Positions 50,001 to 57,697 of a stretch of DNA of 64,000 nucleotides are shown here, one piece after another. A model generated the notes under the pieces. The model did not search any database, was not told the DNA's origin, and worked only from the letters and a program-made list of their open reading frames with translations. Position 1 is the first letter of the stretch, and every line of letters starts with the position of its first letter. Both the position numbers and the translations under genes were made by a program. Origin of the DNA: an uncultured Hyphomicrobiales bacterium (GTDB lineage Bacteria; Bacteroidota; Ignavibacteria; Kapaibacteriales; UBA2268); NCBI GenBank assembly GCA_964524325.1, contig CAZGCT010000001.1, positions 97,482-161,481 of the forward strand, given 5' to 3'.

Positions 50001-51404
50001 TTATAATTGAATATTTCTATCAACAAGAGCAGCTTGAAGATCCGCTTCGGCTACTACTTGACCATTAACAGTGCTTACACCATGAAATTTGTAGGTATTG
50101 AATTTTTTACTAACGATTTGTACTTTCATAATTAATTGGTCGCCTGGGATAACTGGCTTTCTAAATTTTGCATTGTCAATTCCCATAAACAGAAGAAGTT
50201 TATTAGTGGCATCAACGGAGCTTAAAAGCAATAAACCTCCGGTTTGGGCAAGAGCTTCTATTAGCAACACACCTGGCATTATTGGTTTCTCTGGAAAATG
50301 CCCCATAAAGAAAGGTTCATTTATTGTTACGTTTTTTATGCCAGTAATTGTATTTGTTTCGGTATCAATATCGAGTATTCTATCAATAAGAAGGAAGGGA
50401 TATCTGTGGGGCATAATTTTGAGCAAACTAAAAATGTCCATTAAAGCATCTTTGCCTTTTTTCCCTTGGAGTTTAAGAAAAGGAAGCTTTTTCAAGTATA
50501 GGTTCCTGATTTTCTTAGCAAATTCTATATTGCTAGCATGTCCGGGACGGGCTGCAAGTATTTGTGCTTTAATTGGAACACCAATTAAAGCTAAATCGCC
50601 AAGCATATCGAGCAGCTTGTGCCTTGCTGGTTCATTTTTGAAACGGAGATTTGTTCCGTTTAAAACCCCACCTTTAGGTTCAGGTAGATGTTTGATCCCA
50701 AAAACCTTTTGCAAGTTCTTCAGTTCCTCGTCGTTTAATTCTTTGTCGATGATAACAATAGCGTTGCTAAGGTTTCCCCCCTTAATGAGACCATTTTTGT
50801 ACAATTCTTCAACTTCTGTAAGAAAGCAAAATGTACGAGCAGGGGCAAATTCAGTTAGGAATTCCTTCTCCAAATTAAAAACACCAGTATGTTGGCTTCC
50901 AAGGGTTGGAATATTATAGTCAATCATTACTGTAATTCTATAGTCATCAGTTGGTAGTGCCACTATGTCAACACCTTTTTCTTCGTTTGTATATCGGACC
51001 GTCTCATCTATAACAAAATATTCCCTTTCTGCTTCTTGTTCGACAATTCCTGCTTCGAGTAATTTTTCTGCATAAGGTAAAGCGCTTCCATCAATTACCG
51101 GTGGTTCTTTTCCTTTTAATTCTATTCGACAGTTGTCAATTCTTAGTCCAACCAAAGCTGAAAGCACATGCTCAACCGTTAATACCCGGACATCACCTAT
51201 TCCAAGGGTAGTTCCGCGAGATAAATCAACGACATAGTCAACTAAAGCAGGAATTTCTACGGGAGGGTCGAGGTCGACCCGAACAAAACGATAACCAAAG
51301 TTTTCAGGTGCAGGATGAAAAGTAATTGTCGTTTCTTCGCCAGAATGTATGCCAATACCAATTAGACTAACGGGTTTAGCAATTGTTCGTTGTTTCTTTT
51401 CCAT
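50001..51404 (-). CDS. lpxC-fabZ: Bifunctional UDP-3-O-acyl-GlcNAc deacetylase / 3-hydroxyacyl-ACP dehydratase (LpxC-FabZ fusion)
   Basis: 467 aa. The N-terminal ~300 aa match LpxC (IGIHSGEETT, HTGVFNL...). The C-terminal ~150 aa match FabZ hotdog (NEPFFMGHFPEKPIMPGVLLIEALAQTGG). Confidence 0.85.
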   Translation of the reverse strand: MEKKQRTIAKPVSLIGIGIHSGEETTITFHPAPENFGYRFVRVDLDPPVEIPALVDYVVDLSRGTTLGIGDVRVLTVEHVLSALVGLRIDNCRIELKGKEPPVIDGSALPYAEKLLEAGIVEQEAEREYFVIDETVRYTNEEKGVDIVALPTDDYRITVMIDYNIPTLGSQHTGVFNLEKEFLTEFAPARTFCFLTEVEELYKNGLIKGGNLSNAIVIIDKELNDEELKNLQKVFGIKHLPEPKGGVLNGTNLRFKNEPARHKLLDMLGDLALIGVPIKAQILAARPGHASNIEFAKKIRNLYLKKLPFLKLQGKKGKDALMDIFSLLKIMPHRYPFLLIDRILDIDTETNTITGIKNVTINEPFFMGHFPEKPIMPGVLLIEALAQTGGLLLLSSVDATNKLLLFMGIDNAKFRKPVIPGDQLIMKVQIVSKKFNTYKFHGVSTVNGQVVAEADLQAALVDRNIQL

Positions 51405-51474
51405 AAAATGAAAAGTAAAAATTAAAAAGAAACAAATTTAAGAAAATAAATTCTAAAATTGTAAGATCGAAAAT

Positions 51475-51501
51475 TAAAGTTTTCAAAAAACCAGTCGATA
51501 A
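51475..51501 (+). promoter_or_regulatory. Sigma-28 (FliA)-type class III flagellar promoter upstream of fliC
   Basis: TAAAGTTT (51475-51482), 11-nt spacer, GTCGATAA (51494-51501). Consensus is TAAAGTTT-N11-GCCGATAA. ~74 nt upstream of the fliC ATG, with GGAGG RBS at 51566-51570. Confidence 0.65.
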
Positions 51502-51575
51502 TTATAGTGAATTAGGAATTGTAGTGATCGGCAGGATGCCCAAGAATATTATTAACAAAAACATGGAGGTACACT

Positions 51576-52532
51576 ATGCCAACAGCAATTGCACAAGGTT
51601 CGAGGATACGAACCAACACACCTGCCGAAAACGCATATAATGCGTTGCAGGCCGCAAGCAATAACATTGCTCTTCGCCAGTTGCGATTGTCAACTGGAAA
51701 GCGAATCAACACGGCTGCTGATGATGTGGCTGGCTACATCACAAGTCGCGCGTTACAAGCTCGAAATGGTGCTTTGAAGAAAGCACTTCTCGCTGCAGGT
51801 GAAGCTATGAATGTAACATCTATTGCTCAAGATGCTCTTGATAACATTACTAATTTGTTGACCCAAATTAAAGATGCTGCGTCCCAAGCTTCCACTGGTG
51901 CTTTAGGTACTGCCGAAAAAGTTGCTCTTGCAAAAGCATCCTATCGACTAGCCCAACAAATTCAATTTGTTGTTGATTCAACAGTTTTTGGTGGGAAACA
52001 GCTCCTCTGGGGTGATTACTCTGGGACTTGGGCGATTGGTTTCTACGCCGATAACTCAATCTTGTCGATAGGGGTGGACTTGACAACTGGCAATACTGAT
52101 TTCAACGTTGCATCCAATAACTTTAATCTTAATGCAACAACAGCTGCAATTTCTCCTGCTGGATTTACAACCGATTTCGCTGGAGTTTCTGGACTTAGCC
52201 TGCAAAGCTTGGACACTGTTTCCGAATCCGACCTTGGTATTTTTGCAACTTCCGTGATTGCAACCACATTGACCAGCCTTGCTTATGCGATTGACAATGT
52301 TAATAAAGTTGCATCATACCTTGGAGCTATTCAAAACAGAATTAATTCTCACGAGGAATTGTTGAAATCCCAGATAACAAACTACAATGCAGCAATTTCC
52401 CGTATCGAAGATGCTGATGTTGCACAAGAGCAACTTGAATTGATTAAACAACAATTCTTGCTACAAGCTTCGCTGATTTCATTAACACAAGCAAATCAGC
52501 AACCGCAAGCATTCTTACAGCTTTTTAGGTAA
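51576..52532 (+). CDS. fliC: Flagellin
   Basis: 318 aa. Conserved flagellin N-terminus (ALQAASNNIALRQLRLSTGKRINTAADDVAGY) and C-terminus (NAAISRIEDADVAQEQLELIKQQFLLQASLISLTQANQQPQAFLQLFR). Short Ser/Thr-rich central region. Confidence 0.85.
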   Translation: MPTAIAQGSRIRTNTPAENAYNALQAASNNIALRQLRLSTGKRINTAADDVAGYITSRALQARNGALKKALLAAGEAMNVTSIAQDALDNITNLLTQIKDAASQASTGALGTAEKVALAKASYRLAQQIQFVVDSTVFGGKQLLWGDYSGTWAIGFYADNSILSIGVDLTTGNTDFNVASNNFNLNATTAAISPAGFTTDFAGVSGLSLQSLDTVSESDLGIFATSVIATTLTSLAYAIDNVNKVASYLGAIQNRINSHEELLKSQITNYNAAISRIEDADVAQEQLELIKQQFLLQASLISLTQANQQPQAFLQLFR

Positions 52533-52582
52533 TAGCCTAAATTGATATGCGTTTATCACCTAAACATATAGTTTTTCTACCG

Positions 52583-52620
52583 AAGGGATTCCAAGGAGGG
52601 GATCCCTTTGGTTTTGGTAT
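52583..52620 (+). terminator. Rho-independent terminator after fliC
   Basis: AAGGGATTCC-aaggag-GGGGATCCCTT hairpin (10-bp stem with one G.U), followed by TTGGTTTTGGTAT. Confidence 0.6.
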
Positions 52621-52657
52621 AAAATTTGCTTTTATTGATTTTTATCGTAGGTGAAAT

Positions 52658-53014
52658 ATGTCTCTTGCTACGCCTAACCCCGCAGTTTCCAAAGCTTATG
52701 GACTAAAGAAAGACGTGGGTATTCCTCAATATCTTGAACAAGAGGTTTTGTCGTGGTCGAAAGAAAAAGTTATTTTGAAAATGTACGATCTTTTTGTTGT
52801 AAGTGCTAAGAAAAAAGATATTAGTAAAATGAACCGAGTCCTTGCAGAGTTGATGGCTTCTTTGAATTTTGACTACGAAGATACTGCTACCAGACTCTAT
52901 AGACTTTACGAATATGTGCAAAGATTGGTTTTTCAGAAGAGATACGATGATGCAGCTTTTATCATACAAGAACTTCGCAGTGCTTGGAATCAAGCGTTCG
53001 AAATTGAAAAATAA
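52658..53014 (+). CDS. fliS: Flagellar export chaperone FliS
   Basis: 118 aa, all-helical. ILKMYDL...LNFDYEDTATRLYRLYEYVQRLVFQ...ELRSAWNQA follows the FliS four-helix pattern. Position matches the usual fliC-proximal location. Confidence 0.75.
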   Translation: MSLATPNPAVSKAYGLKKDVGIPQYLEQEVLSWSKEKVILKMYDLFVVSAKKKDISKMNRVLAELMASLNFDYEDTATRLYRLYEYVQRLVFQKRYDDAAFIIQELRSAWNQAFEIEK

Positions 53015-53026
53015 TTTAGGTTCACT

Positions 53027-54496
53027 ATGGCAGATTTAACTTCTAGTTTAGATTCCCTTAGTAATGCATTGGGTTCGTTGACACAAACTTCCGCTTCAAG
53101 CCAAACCCAGGCTGATTTGCTTGTTGAGGCATACAAAAGGACTCAAGCTGGAAAGTTAAATCAATTGAAAGATAAAAAAAGTTCCCTTGAAAAAAAGAGC
53201 TCATTTTTTTCTTCGTTAAGGTCCAAAATTAATACTCTTGTCTCTCAAATCGATAAATTTAACACTACAGAATCCTCGAGTTTATTTATTGCACGAAAAG
53301 TAACTTCATCTGATTCTTCTATTGTCAATGCTACAGCAACCGGAGATGCTTTGCTTGGAATAAATTCGATAAAAGTTAACCGGCTTGCTTCAAATGATTT
53401 GTTGATTTCAGCACAGCTCAATGCCTCCCAGAATTTCTCTGTTTCTGGCTCAAATTTAACTTTTAAAATAAATAATAAAAATATTACTGTATCGATTGAT
53501 CCTGGTAAAACAAATGAAGAGGCTCTGAAACTTATTGCTAGTGCAATTAACAATACGTCAGATGTTAATGCAACTGCTTCTGTTGTTAAAGATACAAATT
53601 CTACTGTTAGGTTGACAATTACTGCAAAAAATTCAGGCTCGGAGAATAAATTAATTTTTGATGATAATGGTAGTGATGTCCTAAATGCCTTAGGTTTTAA
53701 TAATTTAGACCCAAACGCAACCGTTCGAACACCTGTTAACAGTGGGAATCAATATGCTCATTTCAAAATTGCTAACTCCTCAGAGTTGGATTCCGAGGCT
53801 GAAGTAAATGGAATTATTGTTGTCAAAAGTTCCAATAGTTTTTCTGACGTTCTTCAAGGTGTTACAATTAATATGCTTAAATCGCAGGGTATTAATGACC
53901 AACCTGTTACCCTGACAACCGAAGTGGACTCGAGTGCAGTACAAAATGTGATTAATCCGTTATTAAGTGCTTACAATGATATTCTTCGATTTATTAATAA
54001 TAATAAAAGTCTACTGCGCGATGAGCCATTGCTTAGAAATTTGGCTTCTAATTTACGGGCTATGGTTTCACAACCCGTGACCTCGACTCAACCCGGGAAT
54101 CCACAATTTTTAAGTGAAATTGGAATCAAAGTCAATTCTGATGGGACCCTTTCAATTTCCGATACCTCAAAGTTGCAAAAAGTTTTAGAATCTGATTACA
54201 AAAAGGTTTCAGATTTGTTCGTTTCAAGTGATAGTTTTGTAAACAAGTTAAATAATTTAATTGGATCTCTTTCAGGCGATTCTAGTTACATTACAAACAA
54301 GACCAGATTGGTCCAGCAACAAATCTACCAAATGCAGAAAAGGATAACTGAATTCGAATCGAAAATTGAAATTCAGGCGGAGAATTACAAAAATGATTAC
54401 TTTAGGAGTCTAGAAGCGTATTTAAAAGCACAATCACAATTTAATAGTTTTTCCAACACAGCAAGCACTTTACTAAATAGATATTATTCATATTAA
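53027..54496 (+). CDS. fliD: Flagellar filament capping protein FliD (HAP2)
   Basis: 489 aa. N- and C-terminal heptad/coiled-coil segments (KINTLVSQIDKF; QQQIYQMQKRITEFESKIEIQAENYKNDYFRSLEAYLKAQSQFNS) and a central beta-rich domain. Lies between fliS and flaG. Confidence 0.6.
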   Translation: MADLTSSLDSLSNALGSLTQTSASSQTQADLLVEAYKRTQAGKLNQLKDKKSSLEKKSSFFSSLRSKINTLVSQIDKFNTTESSSLFIARKVTSSDSSIVNATATGDALLGINSIKVNRLASNDLLISAQLNASQNFSVSGSNLTFKINNKNITVSIDPGKTNEEALKLIASAINNTSDVNATASVVKDTNSTVRLTITAKNSGSENKLIFDDNGSDVLNALGFNNLDPNATVRTPVNSGNQYAHFKIANSSELDSEAEVNGIIVVKSSNSFSDVLQGVTINMLKSQGINDQPVTLTTEVDSSAVQNVINPLLSAYNDILRFINNNKSLLRDEPLLRNLASNLRAMVSQPVTSTQPGNPQFLSEIGIKVNSDGTLSISDTSKLQKVLESDYKKVSDLFVSSDSFVNKLNNLIGSLSGDSSYITNKTRLVQQQIYQMQKRITEFESKIEIQAENYKNDYFRSLEAYLKAQSQFNSFSNTASTLLNRYYSY

Positions 54497-54513
54497 TTAT
54501 TTGGGGAGGAGAT

Positions 54514-54930
54514 ATGATAACCCCAATTGAAGGAACGCCAATTAATGAATTGCAAATAAACTTGCCCGAGTTTAGAACTTCACGCATTTCTTCTAACTTT
54601 AATGAATCAATTGAACAAGGGGGCAATCAAGGTAAAGGTTTAGAAAATTTAAACAATTTTGTGAAGAATATTAGCCAAGAGGAGACAAGGAAGCCCTATA
54701 AAGTTATTGATTACGACAAGATTGCAAAAAAGTTAGAAGAAATTATTAATGACAAAAGTTTAATGATTCAATTTACTCTGGATGATCAAACAAAAAAAAT
54801 GATTTTTAAACTTATCAATTCCGAGACAAAAGAAGTTGTTCAGCAAATTCCCCCAGAAGTTGCATTGAAAATTGCACGATATATTGCATCTACACTTGAG
54901 GATAAAAATGTTGCTAACGCTACAATATAA
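54514..54930 (+). CDS. flaG: Flagellar protein FlaG
   Basis: 138 aa. C-terminal MIQFTLDDQTKKMIFKLINSETKEVVQQIPPEVALKIARYIA matches the FlaG signature. Confidence 0.65.
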   Translation: MITPIEGTPINELQINLPEFRTSRISSNFNESIEQGGNQGKGLENLNNFVKNISQEETRKPYKVIDYDKIAKKLEEIINDKSLMIQFTLDDQTKKMIFKLINSETKEVVQQIPPEVALKIARYIASTLEDKNVANATI

Positions 54931-55279
54931 CCCTGAAGCCGTTGAAATACTAATTTCAAAAATAGAAAATTCTTCGAAAGAACTTAATGATTTGCTTTCT
55001 TCGTGTGATGATTTTTCATCGATCATCAACAAATTATTAGATATTCTTAATAATAGAGACATTTATTTCGAGGAGTTTCAAAATTTGTTAAATGAGGAAA
55101 ATTTAGGTGTTTACTTTCGAAACAATCATAACAAATGGCTCAGCAGAATAAAGAAAATAATGGAGCTGGAAAAAATTAATTTGGATATTATTGAAAAAAA
55201 TATGATATTGCAGAGTGATAAAGTTAAAGATTTAAATAGACAAAAACAGTTACTTTTGTATTTGAAGAGGCAAGTATGA
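54908..55279 (+). CDS. Small helical protein, possible FliT/FlgN-like flagellar chaperone
   Basis: ORF track starts at 54872. The in-frame ATG at 54908 (MLLTLQYNPEAVE...) overlaps the flaG end by 23 nt. ~124 aa, predicted all-alpha. Assignment is from position and size only. Confidence 0.3.
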   Translation: MLLTLQYNPEAVEILISKIENSSKELNDLLSSCDDFSSIINKLLDILNNRDIYFEEFQNLLNEENLGVYFRNNHNKWLSRIKKIMELEKINLDIIEKNMILQSDKVKDLNRQKQLLLYLKRQV

Positions 55280-55524
55280 ATGTAAAGAAAATCGGCAGTG
55301 AAGGTTCTGGTGTTTTCTCCGACATTAATTCACAGAATAAAAGAATCGGTGGTAATGCACAAAGCAATGCTCCTAAAATTACCGGCTCTTCCGATAAATT
55401 AGAGATCTCTACTGAAGCAAAAAAGCTACAAATTATCAAAAATAATATTGAAACTGGTTATTACAATCGAGAAGATATTGTCAAAAAAACTGCTTCGTAT
55501 ATTCTTTCTAAAACGCAACTTTAA
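55276..55524 (+). CDS. flgM: Anti-sigma-28 factor FlgM
   Basis: 82 aa. Disordered Gly/Ser/Asn-rich N-terminus, then a C-terminal helix SSDKLEISTEAKKLQIIKNNIETGYYNREDIVKKTASYIL resembling the FlgM sigma-28-binding domain. Confidence 0.6.
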   Translation: MNVKKIGSEGSGVFSDINSQNKRIGGNAQSNAPKITGSSDKLEISTEAKKLQIIKNNIETGYYNREDIVKKTASYILSKTQL

Positions 55525-55633
55525 TCATCTTTCAGTTTTTGGCATAAATTTTGACCTACCTTAATTTATTTCTTAGATTGTTCTTATTGTTTTAAGAATT
55601 TATTATTATTAAAGTATTACATAAGTAAATCAA

Positions 55634-57697
55634 ATGGTTAAAATAGTTGAAATTTTAACATTTTATCCTGAATATCTAGAATTTTTCTATGATAAGTATG
55701 ATTTTGCATATCAGCTTCCCTATAATAATCAAATCGATTTGTTAATAAATGATGGTTTTGGTGCGGGTATTATCTTCACTCCATATCTGAAAGATTTCGG
55801 ATTTGAAAGTTATACCATTATTGCCAACAATTTTTTTTCGCAAAAAGCGTGGGCAAAAGAAAATAATCATTCTACTCCTAGTTTTTGTGATAGACCATTT
55901 GATTTTGAAAACATAGACTATACCCTGTTAAAGAGGCAAATTGAAAAACTTCAACCGGAAGTTATTTTTTTTGCGGATACAATTCACTTTCACCAACCGT
56001 TTATTGAAAGTTTAACCCATAAAGCTAAACTTATTGTTGGTTGGGGGACTGATAAAATACCTCGTGGTTTAAATTGGTCTTGTTACGATGTAATTATCTC
56101 GATGATTGATCAATGTCTGGAAAAAGCTAAATCACTTGGCGCAAAAAATACATATTATTTTGAGCCTGGTGCACCTGATTTTGTTTATGAAATTTTAAAA
56201 CATGAATCCAAAATATATGATGTTACATTTGTTGGTCAAGTTACAGAAGTACACAGCAAAACGGCCAGAATACTAAACCATTTATCCCAAAAGATTCATT
56301 TCTTTCAATCAGAATTCCCAAACATAAATATTGCCTATTATATCTTAAGTTATCCAAATCACCATTTACCACCCGGTATTGCTAATTTAAATAAAGGGAA
56401 GGTATTTGGCTTAGATATGTTGAAAGTTCATAGACAATCTAAGATTTGCTTAAACACTATAAATTTTGAAGAAGGGGCCAATTTCAGGTTGCTTGAAGTC
56501 ACTTGTGTAGGCAGTTTCTTACTTACAAACCATAATCAAAATGTAAACAGATATTTTACTCCTGGTGTAGAAATAGGGGTTTTTGAAAATGAGGATGAGT
56601 TAATTGAAAAAGTAATCTTTTACTTGAAAAACGAAGAAATCAGAGAAAATATAGCGAAAAATGGCTTTGAGAAACTCAAAAAAAAATTCTCTTTGCAAAA
56701 GCGGGCAGAAGAATTTTCTTATTTGGTCAAAAAATATATTGATGATAAAAAAGAAAATAAAAGACCAATTTCTAAACAAGCAATAGAAAAAAATCATACA
56801 TTTGTGGGTTCACCTATAGATGAATCCTTTAGTCCTCTGACTGGAGAACCATCAAAATTGATAACAACCTTTAGCAGTGAATCTATTATCGAAGGTTATG
56901 AAAAAGCATATAGTATGGACGTTGGTTACCTTTTTAAAAATCATTCAGAGGTAAGACTTTATCAATGTCCAATCACTAAATTACAGTTTTTTAGACCAAA
57001 GGAAATTTGCGGTGATGGGTATTTTTATAGCAAATTAAGTAGATTTCCTTGGTATTATAAACCCGATAAATGGGAACATAGAATTGCATATGATTTTATT
57101 AAACCCAATTCAAGTGTTTTAGAAATTGGTTGTGGACAAGGGTCTTTTTTAAAAAAATTAACTCAAAAAAATTGTTTTGCCGTGGGTTTGGAATTGGATA
57201 AAGGAATTTCTGAAGATTTAATTTATGACAAAATATATTTCGAATCAATTCAGGATCACAGCCGAAATAATTTAAAAGTTTATGATTACGTTTGTATGTT
57301 TCAAGTCCTTGAACACATACCAGATTTGAAAAATTTTTTGTTGTCAGCCATTTCGGTTACTAAAGATAATGGATACCTGATTGTTAGTGTCCCTAATCAA
57401 GACTCTTTTATAGCACTGGACAAATTTAACTTATTGGACTTGCCTCCTCACCATATGACAAGGTGGAAACCAGAAACCTTTCTTGCTCTCGAAAAAATAT
57501 TTCCTCTAAAGCTTATGGAAGTTAAGGTAGAGCCTCTTCAAAACATTCACTTTGAGTGGTTTAAAAATATTATGGCTTTATATGTTATGGATTCCAAAAT
57601 TTTGGACCAAATAGTTAAGATTTCGCAAGAAAAGCCATATTTAATCAAAGGCCATACATTTATTGGGTTTTTTAAAAAATTAAGTTATGAACCATAG
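55634..57697 (+). CDS. Two-domain enzyme: N-terminal CgeB-like/GT1-like glycosyltransferase domain plus C-terminal class I SAM-dependent methyltransferase
   Basis: 687 aa. Residues ~290-370 (LLEVTCVGSFLLTNHNQNVNRYFTPGVEIGVFENEDELIEKVIFYLKNEEIRENIAKNGFEKLKKKFS) match the C-terminal GT1/CgeB (Glyco_trans_1_2) region. Residues ~480-600 carry SAM motif I VLEIGCGQGSF and post-I/II motifs DYVCMFQVLEHIPD and NGYLIVSVPN. Confidence 0.6.
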   Translation: MVKIVEILTFYPEYLEFFYDKYDFAYQLPYNNQIDLLINDGFGAGIIFTPYLKDFGFESYTIIANNFFSQKAWAKENNHSTPSFCDRPFDFENIDYTLLKRQIEKLQPEVIFFADTIHFHQPFIESLTHKAKLIVGWGTDKIPRGLNWSCYDVIISMIDQCLEKAKSLGAKNTYYFEPGAPDFVYEILKHESKIYDVTFVGQVTEVHSKTARILNHLSQKIHFFQSEFPNINIAYYILSYPNHHLPPGIANLNKGKVFGLDMLKVHRQSKICLNTINFEEGANFRLLEVTCVGSFLLTNHNQNVNRYFTPGVEIGVFENEDELIEKVIFYLKNEEIRENIAKNGFEKLKKKFSLQKRAEEFSYLVKKYIDDKKENKRPISKQAIEKNHTFVGSPIDESFSPLTGEPSKLITTFSSESIIEGYEKAYSMDVGYLFKNHSEVRLYQCPITKLQFFRPKEICGDGYFYSKLSRFPWYYKPDKWEHRIAYDFIKPNSSVLEIGCGQGSFLKKLTQKNCFAVGLELDKGISEDLIYDKIYFESIQDHSRNNLKVYDYVCMFQVLEHIPDLKNFLLSAISVTKDNGYLIVSVPNQDSFIALDKFNLLDLPPHHMTRWKPETFLALEKIFPLKLMEVKVEPLQNIHFEWFKNIMALYVMDSKILDQIVKISQEKPYLIKGHTFIGFFKKLSYEP

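Noticed and set aside
52533-52657. Second sigma-28 promoter in front of fliS
   Set aside because: No TAAA...CGATAA-like motif is present. A weak TTGCTT-N~17-TATCGT sigma-70-like element could not be supported convincingly.
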